Below, one piece after another: positions 28,660-40,248 of a stretch of 64,000 nt of DNA (positions are counted from its first letter, which is position 1; each line of letters starts with the position of its first letter). The stretch comes from a virus (Duplodnaviria > Caudoviricetes). The notes under the pieces are model-generated. The model saw only the letters and a program-made list of their open reading frames with translations, had not been told where the DNA came from and did no database searches. A program made the translations under genes and the position numbers. The stretch covers positions 1 to 64,000 of the IMG/VR virus record IMGVR_UViG_3300021400_001287; one strand, given 5' to 3'.

Positions 28660-31535
28660 TCAGATCATCTCCTTCCAATTAATGTCGTTCTCGTTTGCGT
28701 ATTCCGCCATCATGTCTATTGCCGACTCGTCGAATTCGTATTCGCAGTGAGCGTTGAGACTGGCGAAGAGCAATTCCCGCTGGTGATCGGTGAGCGGGAT
28801 CTCATATTCGCGAGCTTCTTCCGTCTGCCCACGATCGCCGACATACTCGAATGTGATGCAATTCTCGCATCCCGGCCAGACGCCATATAACGTGACGAAG
28901 AAGCGATAGTAGCCCTCGCTATCGAATTCCCCCGACTCGTCGAAGCAGGGCAGATGTCTATCCCGTTTACGTATCTCATCCGCCATTCGGTTCAGCGGCT
29001 CCGTATCGAACAATTCCAATGTGAGCGTGGGGGAGACGATAGGGAAACTGTCAAATATCTGACTATAGGACAGCCACGGTTCGGTTTCACGGACGGGTTT
29101 CAGATTGAGCACTTCGTTGTCAGTCAGCATTGATAACCACCTCCATCAAGTCGTTCGGGTTGAATTCCGGCCACGTCACTTCCGGTGTGTACGTTGCCAT
29201 CTTGCCATTCTGGAAATAGTCGCGGCTCTCGTCTTCAACATAGCCATTGGAATAGTCAACTTCAATGAGCGCTTCCGGGAATTCCGTTGACAAGTCAATG
29301 AGTTCGTTGAGCGAGATGCTCCAGTTGACATCGTTGACGCCATCGAAGTGCAACACGCCGCTCTCAACGGTGTAGCCCATCGCAAATGCCCATCTCAAAT
29401 CCCCGTCATGCTCTTCGTAAATCCAGCGCTGAACCGCATTCCACTTTCCTCGGGGCAAATTGCTGATGGTCATGTAGGCATGCATGTAATTGCTCACTCA
29501 AAATCCCTCCGATCAAAAATTCTCGTTATGAATGACACAAACTCCAGATTATTCATTCTATGCGGCAACATGTGTCTCAGATTGTGTCGATTTGCTCTCA
29601 TTTTCTCCGTCAACTTTTTCCACCAGACCGCCGCTCATGTCAAATAAACTCATCTTATCGAATTTCCAGTCATAGTACGGGCGGAGGGAGATGGGCGGCA
29701 TGTATACATCCAATTCTGCAAGTTTATACACAGCAACTTGCAAATGGATTCCGTCTTCATGAAAACGTTTCATCAGCCGACGGATTCCGTAGATGTTGAA
29801 CACAGCCGAGTGAGTGTCGCCATTCTCATTCCATCTCGTCAGATACTTCTTCATCGTCTCTCCTCCATTCTCCGGTAAACACCGTGATCGTGCATCCATC
29901 CGACGAGACATATTCCACATTCGGGTATTCCCGGATGATCTGCTTCTTCTGTTCCGGGTAGCTGATGTCAAAGTTGCGCTTGATATGGTAGATTCTCATT
30001 CAAAAATCAGTCCTTTCAATTCACAGTTGCGATAGAGCCATGTTCCAGCGTCATAGGCTGGCACTTGGTAAAACTTTGCCGGGCGGATAGCGTCACTTGC
30101 GTAATAAACAAACGCTTGATCATATTTTCTGCGATCGCGTTCCCGCCGAGCACGATATTCTGCTTCACGACGAGTGCAACGTTCAAAATGCTGCGACACC
30201 AGCCAAGATATGTCGGCTTTGTTATCCGCCCAAGCTAAGTCATAAACGTTGGAAAAGTCTCCCCAACGGATGAAGTACGTCTTCATTTCAAAGCCTCCTT
30301 AATCCGTAATTCTCCAGTAGTAGTCCAGCTCTTCGCCCTTCAAATGCGTTTCCGCGTAGTCTCTGGCCTCTTCCCACAACTTGCTATAGACACGGGCAAT
30401 TTCCGCGTGATCTCCGCCATCATCATACCATTGCCATATCTTGTGGTTCAGCACCATGACCAGCTCGGTCAGGTATTTGTAGTCGGTTTTCCATTCTCCG
30501 AACGCCCGCTTATATGTGTCTTTGATAGCCGGGATGCCGCCGCATTTTTCTGCGATGGTGAAGTCAGTCCAGAACGTGGTGAAGCACTCGTAATCAAACA
30601 GTTTCATAATTCCACCTCCACAATTCTCCAATCGTTGCAGTCATAACAAGCGCACATTCGCTCCCGGCTGATCACTGCGCTATACGACTCGTTCGCCCAC
30701 TCGTCCCGCCCATCATAGTCCCAGCATTCATCAGCGAACAATTCCTGCATGTGAGCAAACGCTGCTACAGGCGTGTCATGCACACCATCCAACCCCAAGC
30801 CATTCTCGGTATCAGAAATCAGAATGTACTTTTTCATCCTCACCCTCCATTCTCAGCGCCACATAGCCGTTTCCCAGCAGTCACGCCGCATTCACCCCCT
30901 CTTGAATTGAATCCCAGTCTGTGTCGCTCATTGCGCCCATGCTGTGCATCTCATACAACTCAAACCAACACTGAGCCAAGTACAACTCATCATGCCAGTC
31001 GGCGTACAGTTCATCGAATGGAACAATGTGTGTGGTGTCGCAGTTGATGATGAAGCGGCGCAATTCCCCGAACGGGACAGTCATTCCGCGATTGGTAATT
31101 TCATCGGCAACGAAGACGCCGAACGAGAACAGATGCTCACCATGCATTCCAGACGCGGCAGCTTTGCAACAGTCATTCCACTGGGCGATGAGCAGACGGT
31201 CGGGCAGGTAGCGAACGAGTGACTTGTGCCAAATTTTCATTGTCAGCCTCCATTCAACTCTTAAAGACAATTCCAAATTTCTGATAGTGTTTACGATAAC
31301 TTTACCATTCTCCGGTGTACTCGCCATTCCGTCTGGCTTTCTGGTATGCGGCATTCCGTGTCGGGGACGGTGTCGAGACGTACTGGATCCCAGCATTCGT
31401 CCGCCCGGCAAACCATTGCCCACCATCCTTCGGACTGTCAGCGCCGATGGAGTACACATGCCCGTCATCGAAAGAGAAGGCGTACCAGCCCTCGCCGATC
31501 TTCTTGATAGCAGTCTTGAAATTGGATTCCAGCAT
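28660..31535 (-). other. run of small hypothetical early genes
   Basis: packed ORFs 28660-29130, 29120-29497, 29996-30286, 30299-30607, 30604-30843, 30881-31240, 31302-31535. Confidence 0.7.
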
Positions 31536-31569
31536 ATTGCCTACCTCACTCTTCGGTAGTTCGCTACGC

Positions 31570-32328
31570 TCACTTCATAAGTTCTGCGATGTCGAACGGG
31601 CCATTGCAGTAGCAATTCATGCACGTTGCGCATTTCCGGCCACCGCAGTTGATCTCAACACCGTTCATTTCCGCGTACTCTTTGGTGTACACAGTGAACC
31701 GATGATCGACGACGGGCATCCACTCTTCCGGGATGTCAACGGGGTGGTTGGTATACAGAGAAGAGACGATGAACTTCATGTTCTCGGGCTTTCCGTATTC
31801 CAGCTCGAATGCGTGCATCCAGATATTCACGTTCTTCGTCCAAACGGCAAACTGAATGTGCGGATGACTACGAATGATGCGGAGATAATTCCGCGCACAA
31901 GTGATGGACGCAACATCGCCGAAGGACTCGACACGGGCATAGCCGTTCGACGTCGGCCAGGACAGAATTTTCCACGAATCTTCCGAGATGAGAAAGCCGT
32001 TGAGAATCCGGTAATTCGTTTCCAGCGCTTGCGTCAGTTCCGAATATCTGGATGCAGTCGTTGCCGCGTAGCAATGGTGACAGATGCTGTCCGGGTCTTT
32101 TGCTCTCTGCTGGCAGATGGGATTCATCAGCACAGAAGTCGACACCGACCAGAAGCCCTCCAATTTCCCGGACATGGCCGACACATTCACCGCTTGCACC
32201 AGCCGCAATTCGTCCAAGATGGACTTGCATCCCAAAGAAATAAGCGCCATCCGTTCAAGATAGCGCTTGTTGTCCTTGGCGTGATCCCGCCATTCAGAAT
32301 AGTTGGTTTCCCCGTTGATGAATTTCAT
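31570..32328 (-). CDS. Gp88-like / radical-SAM-like Cys-rich protein
   Basis: NPIC..ICHHCYA, ARVESFGD, AVWTKN, NCGGRKCATCMNCY. Confidence 0.65.
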   Translation of the reverse strand: MKFINGETNYSEWRDHAKDNKRYLERMALISLGCKSILDELRLVQAVNVSAMSGKLEGFWSVSTSVLMNPICQQRAKDPDSICHHCYAATTASRYSELTQALETNYRILNGFLISEDSWKILSWPTSNGYARVESFGDVASITCARNYLRIIRSHPHIQFAVWTKNVNIWMHAFELEYGKPENMKFIVSSLYTNHPVDIPEEWMPVVDHRFTVYTKEYAEMNGVEINCGGRKCATCMNCYCNGPFDIAELMK

Positions 32329-32378
32329 TTCAGTACCTCCAATATCAAAGTCAGTCAAATTCCGGGCAAAAAAAGTCG

Positions 32379-32891
32379 TTAAGCGGATTCAAGAATCTTG
32401 GCAACAGCGGGAATGGGGTTTCCTGCATCGCGTTCGGGCTGATTCTTACGAGCAACGAAACGGAAATGGCGCTTTGCACCAGCAACACGCATAGATGCCA
32501 GTGTCGTTTCGTCGGGCTGTTTGCCGACATATTTCAAGACGGTCATATAAGTGAACCCCGTCTTTTTAGCAATTTCCACATTACTATATCCGAGTCCCCG
32601 CAATTCCAGCATGATCGGAATATAATACGCCCGTCTCTGTTCGGCACGTTCACGATTAAGTCTCTGGTTGAGTTCCCGCATGCACTTTCTCCGTAGCTCC
32701 GCACTGTTCTTCGTGTGCATGGAGATTGTGTTCACGCTCACCCCAAACATTTTCCCGATCTGTTCGCATGTCATACCATTATCACGGAGAGTCTGCCAGG
32801 CTTTGTATTTCTGTTCTTTCGGGTCGGTGTCGTTGGGCAGCACGATAACGGGAGTGGACACAAACTGAGACTTCTTGATGATCTTTTCCAT
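32379..32891 (-). CDS. tandem HTH DNA-binding protein
   Basis: GMTCEQIGKMFGVSVNTI and GYSNVEIAKKTGFTYMTV. Confidence 0.75.
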   Translation of the reverse strand: MEKIIKKSQFVSTPVIVLPNDTDPKEQKYKAWQTLRDNGMTCEQIGKMFGVSVNTISMHTKNSAELRRKCMRELNQRLNRERAEQRRAYYIPIMLELRGLGYSNVEIAKKTGFTYMTVLKYVGKQPDETTLASMRVAGAKRHFRFVARKNQPERDAGNPIPAVAKILESA

Positions 32892-33184
32892 GATGATACC
32901 TCACTTTCAAATTCTCGTATTCAGATAGACAACATAGGTTTTATAGCAAAACTCATTCGCCACTCATTTCAACATACATGCGACGCTTTCCGTCAGCTGA
33001 AGCACGACAGATTCCCTCCCCACACAATTTTCTTGCATTTGAGTTTAAATTGCTTGCGATATCTCTGTTTCGCTTCACGAACCGAGTAGTCCATGTAGGT
33101 GATAGTGTCGAATTCCCCGACACGAATCTGGAATCCCAGATTGCAGCGCATGATTGTTCCATACAGCATGAATTACAACTCCTT

Positions 33185-34357
33185 TCATCGACTGAGCATG
33201 TCGTAGACTTTTGGCGTCTCATAGCGGAGCATTCCGCCATCCCACATGGGGGAGAGATAGCCGTCAACCATAGGCTGGTTGTCCAATTCCGCACGGCGAA
33301 CCCATGCGCCGCGCTTGCGTTCCGCAGTGAGATCGGCAGTATGTTTGCCATTGCACCACGCAGCTTCAACTTCCGAGACGGGCATAATCTGACCGTCCAA
33401 CTTTCCGCCAACAAACTGTGCCATCATCATAAGTCACACCTCCACCCACTCATTGATCGTGTCTGACACATTCCCGTATTCCCGCATGATTTCTACAATT
33501 CTCCTCAAATCTTTGCGGGGGATGGGGAAGTAGAGCCAACCATGCCCATACTCATAATCTTTGCCGTCCCAGATAGTTTTGCGCAGACCAATGGAGTCCA
33601 GATATTCGCAGACCGCTTTATACTCATACCGATTCCCGGCAGATTCCCACTTGCGAACCATGTATTCCTGTCTCGGAGTACCCGCATGCATCGTATTGAG
33701 ATGGTACTTACGCCACAGTTCCCGGATTTCCGCAAACAGCGGACTCTTGATCGGCATATCTTCCAGACACTGACCACCCATGACAATATCGGAATGAATG
33801 TTATTCCACACATTGCCACACACTGAGAATTCCAGACGGCGCGGCGTATATTTCCCGGTATACACGCGCTCTTTGCCGTTCATCGTGAACGTAGGTTCGC
33901 CACCAATGACACGCAGTTCCATTTCCACATCGCAAGCATTGATGCGTCGAGTTCCATAGAGAGCGACTTTCCCGAAATTGATCTTTGCACGTCCGATAAC
34001 ATTGTTCTTCATAATTCACACCTCCAAATTATTCTGATTGGCAATTTTCGACACCAAATGGGACACCAAATCCCGGTATTCATCGTTCGCCGCGGCAATG
34101 GCTTCCCGCTCAGCTTTGGCAGATTTCCGGGAACATTCGTGAATGCAGAGCTTAGTTCCCGAAAACGCAATGAAGCTGACCATGTTCCGCTCCACCGTGA
34201 TCGGGCAAATGCGGACGTAATACCCACGGGATTCCTGCTTGCAGGTGAAGCAATTCCACCCGCCTTTGCTGTAATATAGTTCAACCTCGATGAATTTCCC
34301 GGCAATGTTCGTCGGGATACGACGGGCTTCCAGTTTCTCGAATTTGATTTCAGTCAT
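33185..34357 (-). other. three hypothetical genes
   Basis: ORFs 33185-33430, 33434-34012, 34016-34357 with RBSs. Confidence 0.65.
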
Positions 34358-34372
34358 TCCAATTTCCTCCAT

Positions 34373-34546
34373 TCAAAATGCTTCGTGAGTATAGATATTG
34401 CCGTCAAGCTGGATTTCCACGACACCATCCAAATACACAGAGACAGTGCTGTCCTCCATCGCATGACGAATCCCGCCACACCAGCCGAGATAAATTCCCA
34501 GCATGAAAAGCAGGACGACGCCGGACATGAGCAGCTACTTACGCAT
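34373..34546 (-). CDS. 57-aa signal-anchor protein (in-frame TAG at codon 4, 34535-34537)
   Basis: GAGGTG RBS; MRK*LLMSGVVLLFMLGIYLGW.. Confidence 0.7.
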
Positions 34547-34969
34547 ATTAGAGCACCTCGCAATCGTCGAAGTCGAGAATTCCCAGATGGCGCAATTCCC
34601 AGACGAAAGCGCCGTTGCACTTCGCGCCATTCGGCAGAGCGTAGACGATTTCCGTGTGCAACTGGGGCGGGACGTGATACTGGGTCGAAGTTGTGTAATA
34701 CATCCAAAATTCCTCCATTCAATTCTACAATTATAGTTGGCAACACCAACTATTAAGCCAAGAAAAACTTGAGCTCGCCGTCGTTGTTGAGCCAGCGAAT
34801 CCCGCAATCGAAATTGCGTTCATCCGTGATGCGGTACTCGTTGCCGTTGACGTGTTCGATAGTGAACAGCTTCCCGTGAATGACGACGACCGACTTCTTA
34901 CCGGTTACAGCTTCCCGAATTTTCCCGGTAATGAACGCGAAGATAGCATTTGCCATGATAGTACCTCGA

Positions 34970-35037
34970 CTTTCTCCCATTTAACGCATGAGTGCAATAT
35001 TGCCGGATTCCAGCTCGTGCGCTGGTTTCCCGACATA
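34970..35037 (-). ncRNA. repeated structured intergenic RNA, copy A
   Basis: near-identical to 35432-35500 with compensatory changes. Confidence 0.5.
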
Positions 35038-35431
35038 GAGCGGGGATTTCCCCGCATTAAAATTCGTCGTCGTCGCGATAGTAGTCGGCACACATGTTCT
35101 CCCACTCTTCCGCACACAGAATATCGTATCCTGTGGCGTCATAGATCAAACGGAGCCTGTCGCCCCATGGGATGTCTGAGCCCTTTTCCGACATGGAGAG
35201 CATATCACCCCATGCGGCAGAATAGATCAACGTATCACCCATGTAGACACGGGCGGCAATGCGGTTTCCAAAATCCCCGCATGACGTGTCGTCAATGACG
35301 ACACAGATTCCGTCATCAAAATCGATGATGATATGGGGCTGATAATAGCCACCACCGTCGTGGCAATTTTCCGGATCGTAGTATTCATTCATGTTGGTTT
35401 CCGCGATGTTGATAATCTTCATGTTGACCAC

Positions 35432-35500
35432 CTTTCCGCCATTTCTCGCATGGCTGCAATATTAGCCGGATATGGGTTCACGCGCCCATTTCCCGACATA
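35432..35500 (-). ncRNA. repeated structured intergenic RNA, copy B
   Basis: see copy A. Confidence 0.5.
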
Positions 35501-36373
35501 AAATCCCCGCATAGAACTTATATGCGGGTTGGTTGGTTTAGATAGCTCGACCAGTGGCTTCCGCGAAGGCTATATCACGACGGCTATTCTCATGGCTAAC
35601 AGTTTCCCCGTCAGAGAAGAAGATAGCCGCATGGGGATAGGTTTTCCGCACGTGCTCCACGTGCTGGGGGCGGACTTCCGCGAAGGTGGCAGTTTCGCCG
35701 ACAATCTTCTCGCCGTCCCACACCCAGTCGCAGAAGTACTCGTATCCGCGTTTCCGCAGATAGGTGAATGCCTTATCGTACTCTGTTTTATTAAATTCCA
35801 TGCTTATACCTCCATAAGAAAAAGCCCTGCATTTTGCAGGGCATAGAAAAAAGGCATGGTTTACCCATGCCTTAAATCTTCAGAAACGTGTAGTAATAAC
35901 CCTCTTGCGTGTACCGGCGATTACCGATAACACACCCGTCGACAACAGACCTATCGGTCATAGTGGTATCGCGTTGAGGCTTACTTCGACGCCTGTCGAA
36001 AGTTTGTGGTCTTCTATCATGCGGCCCCATGGTATCAGCGTCACTATTTGACGCGCGATAAACAGGCGCATGTATCCGGTCGATAGGCAAACTATCCGCA
36101 TATCTTGCGAACGTTCGCCCGATAGAAGAAGTCGCCGCGTCTACTGTAAAAGAGTAAACTTCACCTGTTTCAACATCCATTGCGTTGACACGAAAAGACG
36201 TATACGCGCACACACGCGGATCGTTCACCCACAAAAAACGGGCGCACTTATCGCGTGTTACTTGCTTGCCATAAATTGCAAATTTAGGCAAGCGCACACG
36301 CCCAGCGTCAAGCGAGTGACTGAATGAAACAGCTTGCTTCAATTCAAGCACACTTAACACCTCCATAATAATT

Positions 36374-37259
36374 TCAATCGGTTTATATGGGCACTCTCAA
36401 GTCCACCTATTACTTGTTATTGGTCTCATTGCGTGCCTGCAAAACTTCGATAATGCACAACACACACTCGTTCATGACTTGCCTGCTTTTTGCGTCCTGT
36501 TTTTGCGCGTATCCATCGCGGAAAACATGACGCCCATTCGCGGCGCTTATCACGTCTTTAATCATGCCGTTGTTGATATTGCAGGAATATGGCAAAATGC
36601 CGTCTTTGTCGGATTCAGTCCACCAAGCTTTTACAAAGTCCAACATCGCGTCTTTTGTTTCCTTTGCTTTGCCTGTTTTCGCAGTCTTATACATTGTCTC
36701 AATGTAAGACTGACAATTAGTTGTCTTGTCTCCATGGATAACGGCAACAATAACACTAACAGTCATGGCAGCAGGTTTCGCAATGGGCTTCAACATATCA
36801 CGCAATGCAATAGCACGATTTTTCGCCGCTTGAAAACCATCCTCAGCGCGTTTCACGGTTTCGGGCGTCAGGCCCTTTGTCGCTTCCTTCTTATCGTCGG
36901 CGCTAACATTGCTCATATCGGCAATGAGTTTTTCAACTGCTTTTAATTCAGCGTTGTACCATTCGCCTTTAATCGCGGCGTCAAACTTTGCCGTATCCGT
37001 ATGAGTGACGGGAGCAAAGGGCTTTTCACTCTTTGCCACCGCGCCGAAAACGTCGAATTTGTACAGACGCTTGCTATTCACAAGCCATTCGGCCGTAAGC
37101 GTGCGCGGCGTTTCGCCTTTAATGGTTTCGACAAAAGCAGGATTTAGGGACGCGCTAACAAAAGTTTCGTAGTTTTTCATGGTACTAACCTCTCTTTCAT
37201 CTTGTAAAAACTTGTTCGCTGTGTTACAATAATGGAGAGTGCCCATAAAAACCGATTGA
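36374..37259. repeat. 25-bp inverted repeat pair (36374-36398 / 37235-37259) bracketing one gene
   Basis: TCAATCGGTTTWTATGGGCACTCTC, 24/25 identical. Confidence 0.85.
36410..37180 (-). CDS. hypothetical protein, first gene of the leftward unit
   Basis: GAGGT RBS + MKNYETF. Confidence 0.8.
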   Translation of the reverse strand: MKNYETFVSASLNPAFVETIKGETPRTLTAEWLVNSKRLYKFDVFGAVAKSEKPFAPVTHTDTAKFDAAIKGEWYNAELKAVEKLIADMSNVSADDKKEATKGLTPETVKRAEDGFQAAKNRAIALRDMLKPIAKPAAMTVSVIVAVIHGDKTTNCQSYIETMYKTAKTGKAKETKDAMLDFVKAWWTESDKDGILPYSCNINNGMIKDVISAANGRHVFRDGYAQKQDAKSRQVMNECVLCIIEVLQARNETNNK

Positions 37260-37486
37260 TTGACAATTCGCACACATGGGCAAACTGTCGTTAATTGGTC
37301 TAACGTCCATACGGCTTCACGGTTTGCTATTCGCCGCGCTTGCACTCGTGCAAGATTGCGTCAACTCGTGACGCTCGTTGCGCCTTGCTTGCCGGTTCGC
37401 CGTGTGGTTAAGTTGTCAAGGTTCATTGTCGGTCGTTCGTGTTCGGTCTGTCGGTCGGTCGTGCTCTCTTTCCTGTTGACGGTTAT

Positions 37487-37515
37487 AGGATAACACATTG
37501 TACAATGGTTGTCAA
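37487..37515 (-). promoter_or_regulatory. sigmaA early promoter (leftward)
   Basis: TTGACA-17-TATCCT with TGn. Confidence 0.7.
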
Positions 37516-37559
37516 TTACAGAAGTATGAACAAATTGTTACAAAAGTATTTCAGATAAA

Positions 37560-37571
37560 GAACATGTGTTC
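37560..37571. promoter_or_regulatory. LexA (Cheo) box
   Basis: GAACATGTGTTC, identical to the box at 23339. Confidence 0.6.
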
Positions 37572-37591
37572 ATTGTAAAGGATGTGTAAAG

Positions 37592-37801
37592 ATGGAAAAC
37601 AATAAACAGAATAGCAAGTATGAAAAAATAGAATACAACAATGAATATAATAAAACGCATTACCAACAAATAAAATTTTTAGCACCAATTGAAAAACAAT
37701 TTAATTATCGTTTAAAAGTGTTATCTATTGGAACACACAAGAGTAAAAACCAATTATTGATAGAAGCTGTTGAAATGTTACTTGAAAAGTATGACGCATG
37801 A
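37592..37801 (+). CDS. ribbon-helix-helix-like DNA-binding protein
   Basis: EYNKTHYQQIKF..SKNQLLIEAVEMLL; AT-rich. Confidence 0.65.
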   Translation: MENNKQNSKYEKIEYNNEYNKTHYQQIKFLAPIEKQFNYRLKVLSIGTHKSKNQLLIEAVEMLLEKYDA

Positions 37802-38070
37802 TACATTGCTATTCATTGCATAGTCTATCTCATTTCAATCTACAATGATAATAAAACATTGCATAATGTCGATAGAATTATATTACATCGCTCATTCTAT
37901 AAACGCAAACAATTATAAATGCGCCAGGTTTTCAATGTTTGCTCATATGCGCGCGCGTAATATAATCGGAAGCGATTCAGCCGGGAGACAAAAACACGAC
38001 ACATTGACAATATTGCAATGTGATACACAACAGATAATAAATGCAGTGGATTGATGAAAGCCAGGAACGG

Positions 38071-38940
38071 AGACACTTTAGCATACTAAAGCGACACTAA
38101 CTATATTTCATCGAATGCGGCAATATGCTATCACTGCAATTATGCAATAAATAATGGCAATGATAGACAAAATAACATGAACACAATAGACGATGAATTA
38201 GTGATAGATGAATGAATAGATAATGAGTGAAGAAGTAGTGTAGACACTTTAGTATGATAAAGTGACACTAACTACTTTTCAAAGAATGGGATAGAATGTA
38301 ATGTCAATGAATTACAGAAAATAGTATGGATGAATAGAACATCTAGTATTAGATACTAGATATATGAGTATGTTACTACAAAAAGAGATAGTAGCATAAA
38401 GACTAAACAAATAAGTTAAGTGTTAACGGACTAAACAAAAAGAGTAAAGAGACTAAACAAATATGCTAAGTTGAAAAGACTAAACATAAAAGCTAAGTCG
38501 ACACTAAACAAGTTTGTTTAACTATGGTATATAGCAAATATGTTTAGAGTGGTGGATATAGCAAATTAGTTAAGTGAAGCGAATATGCTAAGAGTGGGGA
38601 AGTAAAGCAAATGTGTTTAGTATTCTGACACGATGTCAGTATAGCAATTCTGCTTAGCATCCCTACTTAGCAAATATGCTTAGAAAATACACAAAACAAT
38701 GTCAACTAGTTTTTGATACTAGCTGCACCAAACTTACTGTTTTGTGTAGTTTACGTTTACAAACCATCCCAAACCCCAGCCGACCCTATGCCTATCTCTT
38801 TCCCACTCTCTTCCACTCACCTTCCTCCTTCCACTTTTCTCACTTCATTGCCCATCATCTCTCATATTGCCATCCACTCAGATAAATGAGTTTTCAAAGG
38901 AAAGGGTTAGTGTCGACTTTAGTATGCTAAAGCGACTCTT
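38071..38940. repeat. AT-rich non-coding repeat region (candidate origin or control region)
   Basis: three CTTTAG-N4-(C/A)TAAAG palindrome units; five ACTAAACA units at 38402-38510; several AGCAAAT units. Confidence 0.65.
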
Positions 38941-39108
38941 TTCCCTTCCCATTTACGTTCAATTTTACCGTCCCGATCATCTGGAATTATCTCCAAAAAT
39001 AGAATACTCCACATAACTTTCACTAACATGTCATCTACTTCCAGTGCAATTTATTCCATTTTCAAAGCAATGTGTCGATTTAAATTTAATATAAAGTTTA
39101 CATTCATA

Positions 39109-39148
39109 CACTCTCAAAAATTTCAGATCGTCCATATGAGTATAGTAG
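39109..39148 (+). promoter_or_regulatory. conserved 40-bp phage promoter motif, copy 3
   Basis: CACTCTCAAAAATTTCAGATCGTCCATATGAGTATAGTAG at the head of the rightward unit. Confidence 0.75.
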
Positions 39149-39568
39149 AGGTTGGTTGACCGAAGCCCAGTCAGTCATCAAAACTCGTTTCCCTGAAATC
39201 CCGTTTTCGTTCAATATATTATTATACTATATAACTAAGATGATCTTAACCAAGTTAGAACGATCAGCTGGGATACAGATGACCGTATCTCAGTTACTAG
39301 AACCTAGAGATCAGCTAGACTACAGTCGACCTCTAAAGAGCTATTACTCAAGAACCAAGTTATGTACAATTTCTCTTTCTCTAATAACTAAAACCTTAAT
39401 AGAGTCGACTTAGATGTACAGGTTAACTGTATTACGGTTACTACATATAGGGGAAAGTTGGTTGAAGATTTGAGTGTATCCATGTATACAACGCAAGCGG
39501 AGCAGCCAGGAGCGAAGCGAGTGGCAGCAAAGCGAGTGGCTGCGGAACGCGGTATCGGCGACTACACA

Positions 39569-39913
39569 ATGGAGCTGGAGCGGATTCTTACTCAGTTCCG
39601 TGATGCCGAATCAGCTCTCTCGATGGCGCACACCGAATTGAAGCAATGCGACGACAGGACCCAGGACATCCTCCACGACTTGGAGCTCAACGACCACACA
39701 TACCATGAACGTGGCAAACTGACCACCGAACTCGTCGAAATACGTCGCCGTCGTCGTGTCGCCAAGGATACCATCGAATTGCTCAACCCACTCTGTACCT
39801 GGCTCACCAACAACAGCAAATCGATCTACATGTTAGAGTCAGTGTTGGGTGAGATGAGGAAGGTCGACATTAAACGAGCGAATCGTCAGTATTGGCCTAA
39901 ATGTAAGCAATGA
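39569..39913 (+). CDS. conserved coiled-coil hypothetical protein
   Basis: TQDILHDLEL..RRRRRVAKD. Confidence 0.7.
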   Translation: MELERILTQFRDAESALSMAHTELKQCDDRTQDILHDLELNDHTYHERGKLTTELVEIRRRRRVAKDTIELLNPLCTWLTNNSKSIYMLESVLGEMRKVDIKRANRQYWPKCKQ

Positions 39914-40248
39914 CAGAGCGAGTTCCGAGCGAAGCGAGAGCGAGCGAACCGGATGTATTGGCCGAAGTACGAACGATGAGTGAGCACACCGGACGGAGTG
40001 CTATTGATGGTGTACCGCATTTCGCCGTAGACCGGAGTGAATCCAATGCGCACACCTGCGACACCGTCTCTTTTCATCGATGGCAAGTGTCGCGTGGTGG
40101 ATCGACGACATAACCTCTGTTTAACGTGGTGTTCGAAAACTGTTCACCAAGCATTGGGAGCAAAAGTCTTGCAATTCGACACCGACCGTGTTACAATGGC
40201 ACTCGCACCGGAGAGGACTCGGTGACATTCGACTAGAGGAGTGACGCT

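Larger units (their letters stand above)
34753..36366 (-). other. hypothetical early genes
   Basis: ORFs 34753-34956, 35057-35422, 35538-35801, 35872-36366. Confidence 0.6.

Noticed and set aside
29558-29560. A gene ending in TAG as a counter-example
   Set aside because: TAA follows two codons later, so it is compatible with either reading.
39156-39473. ORF after promoter copy 3 with one TAG
   Set aside because: TTG start with poor RBS spacing and atypical AT-rich codons; cannot support it as coding.
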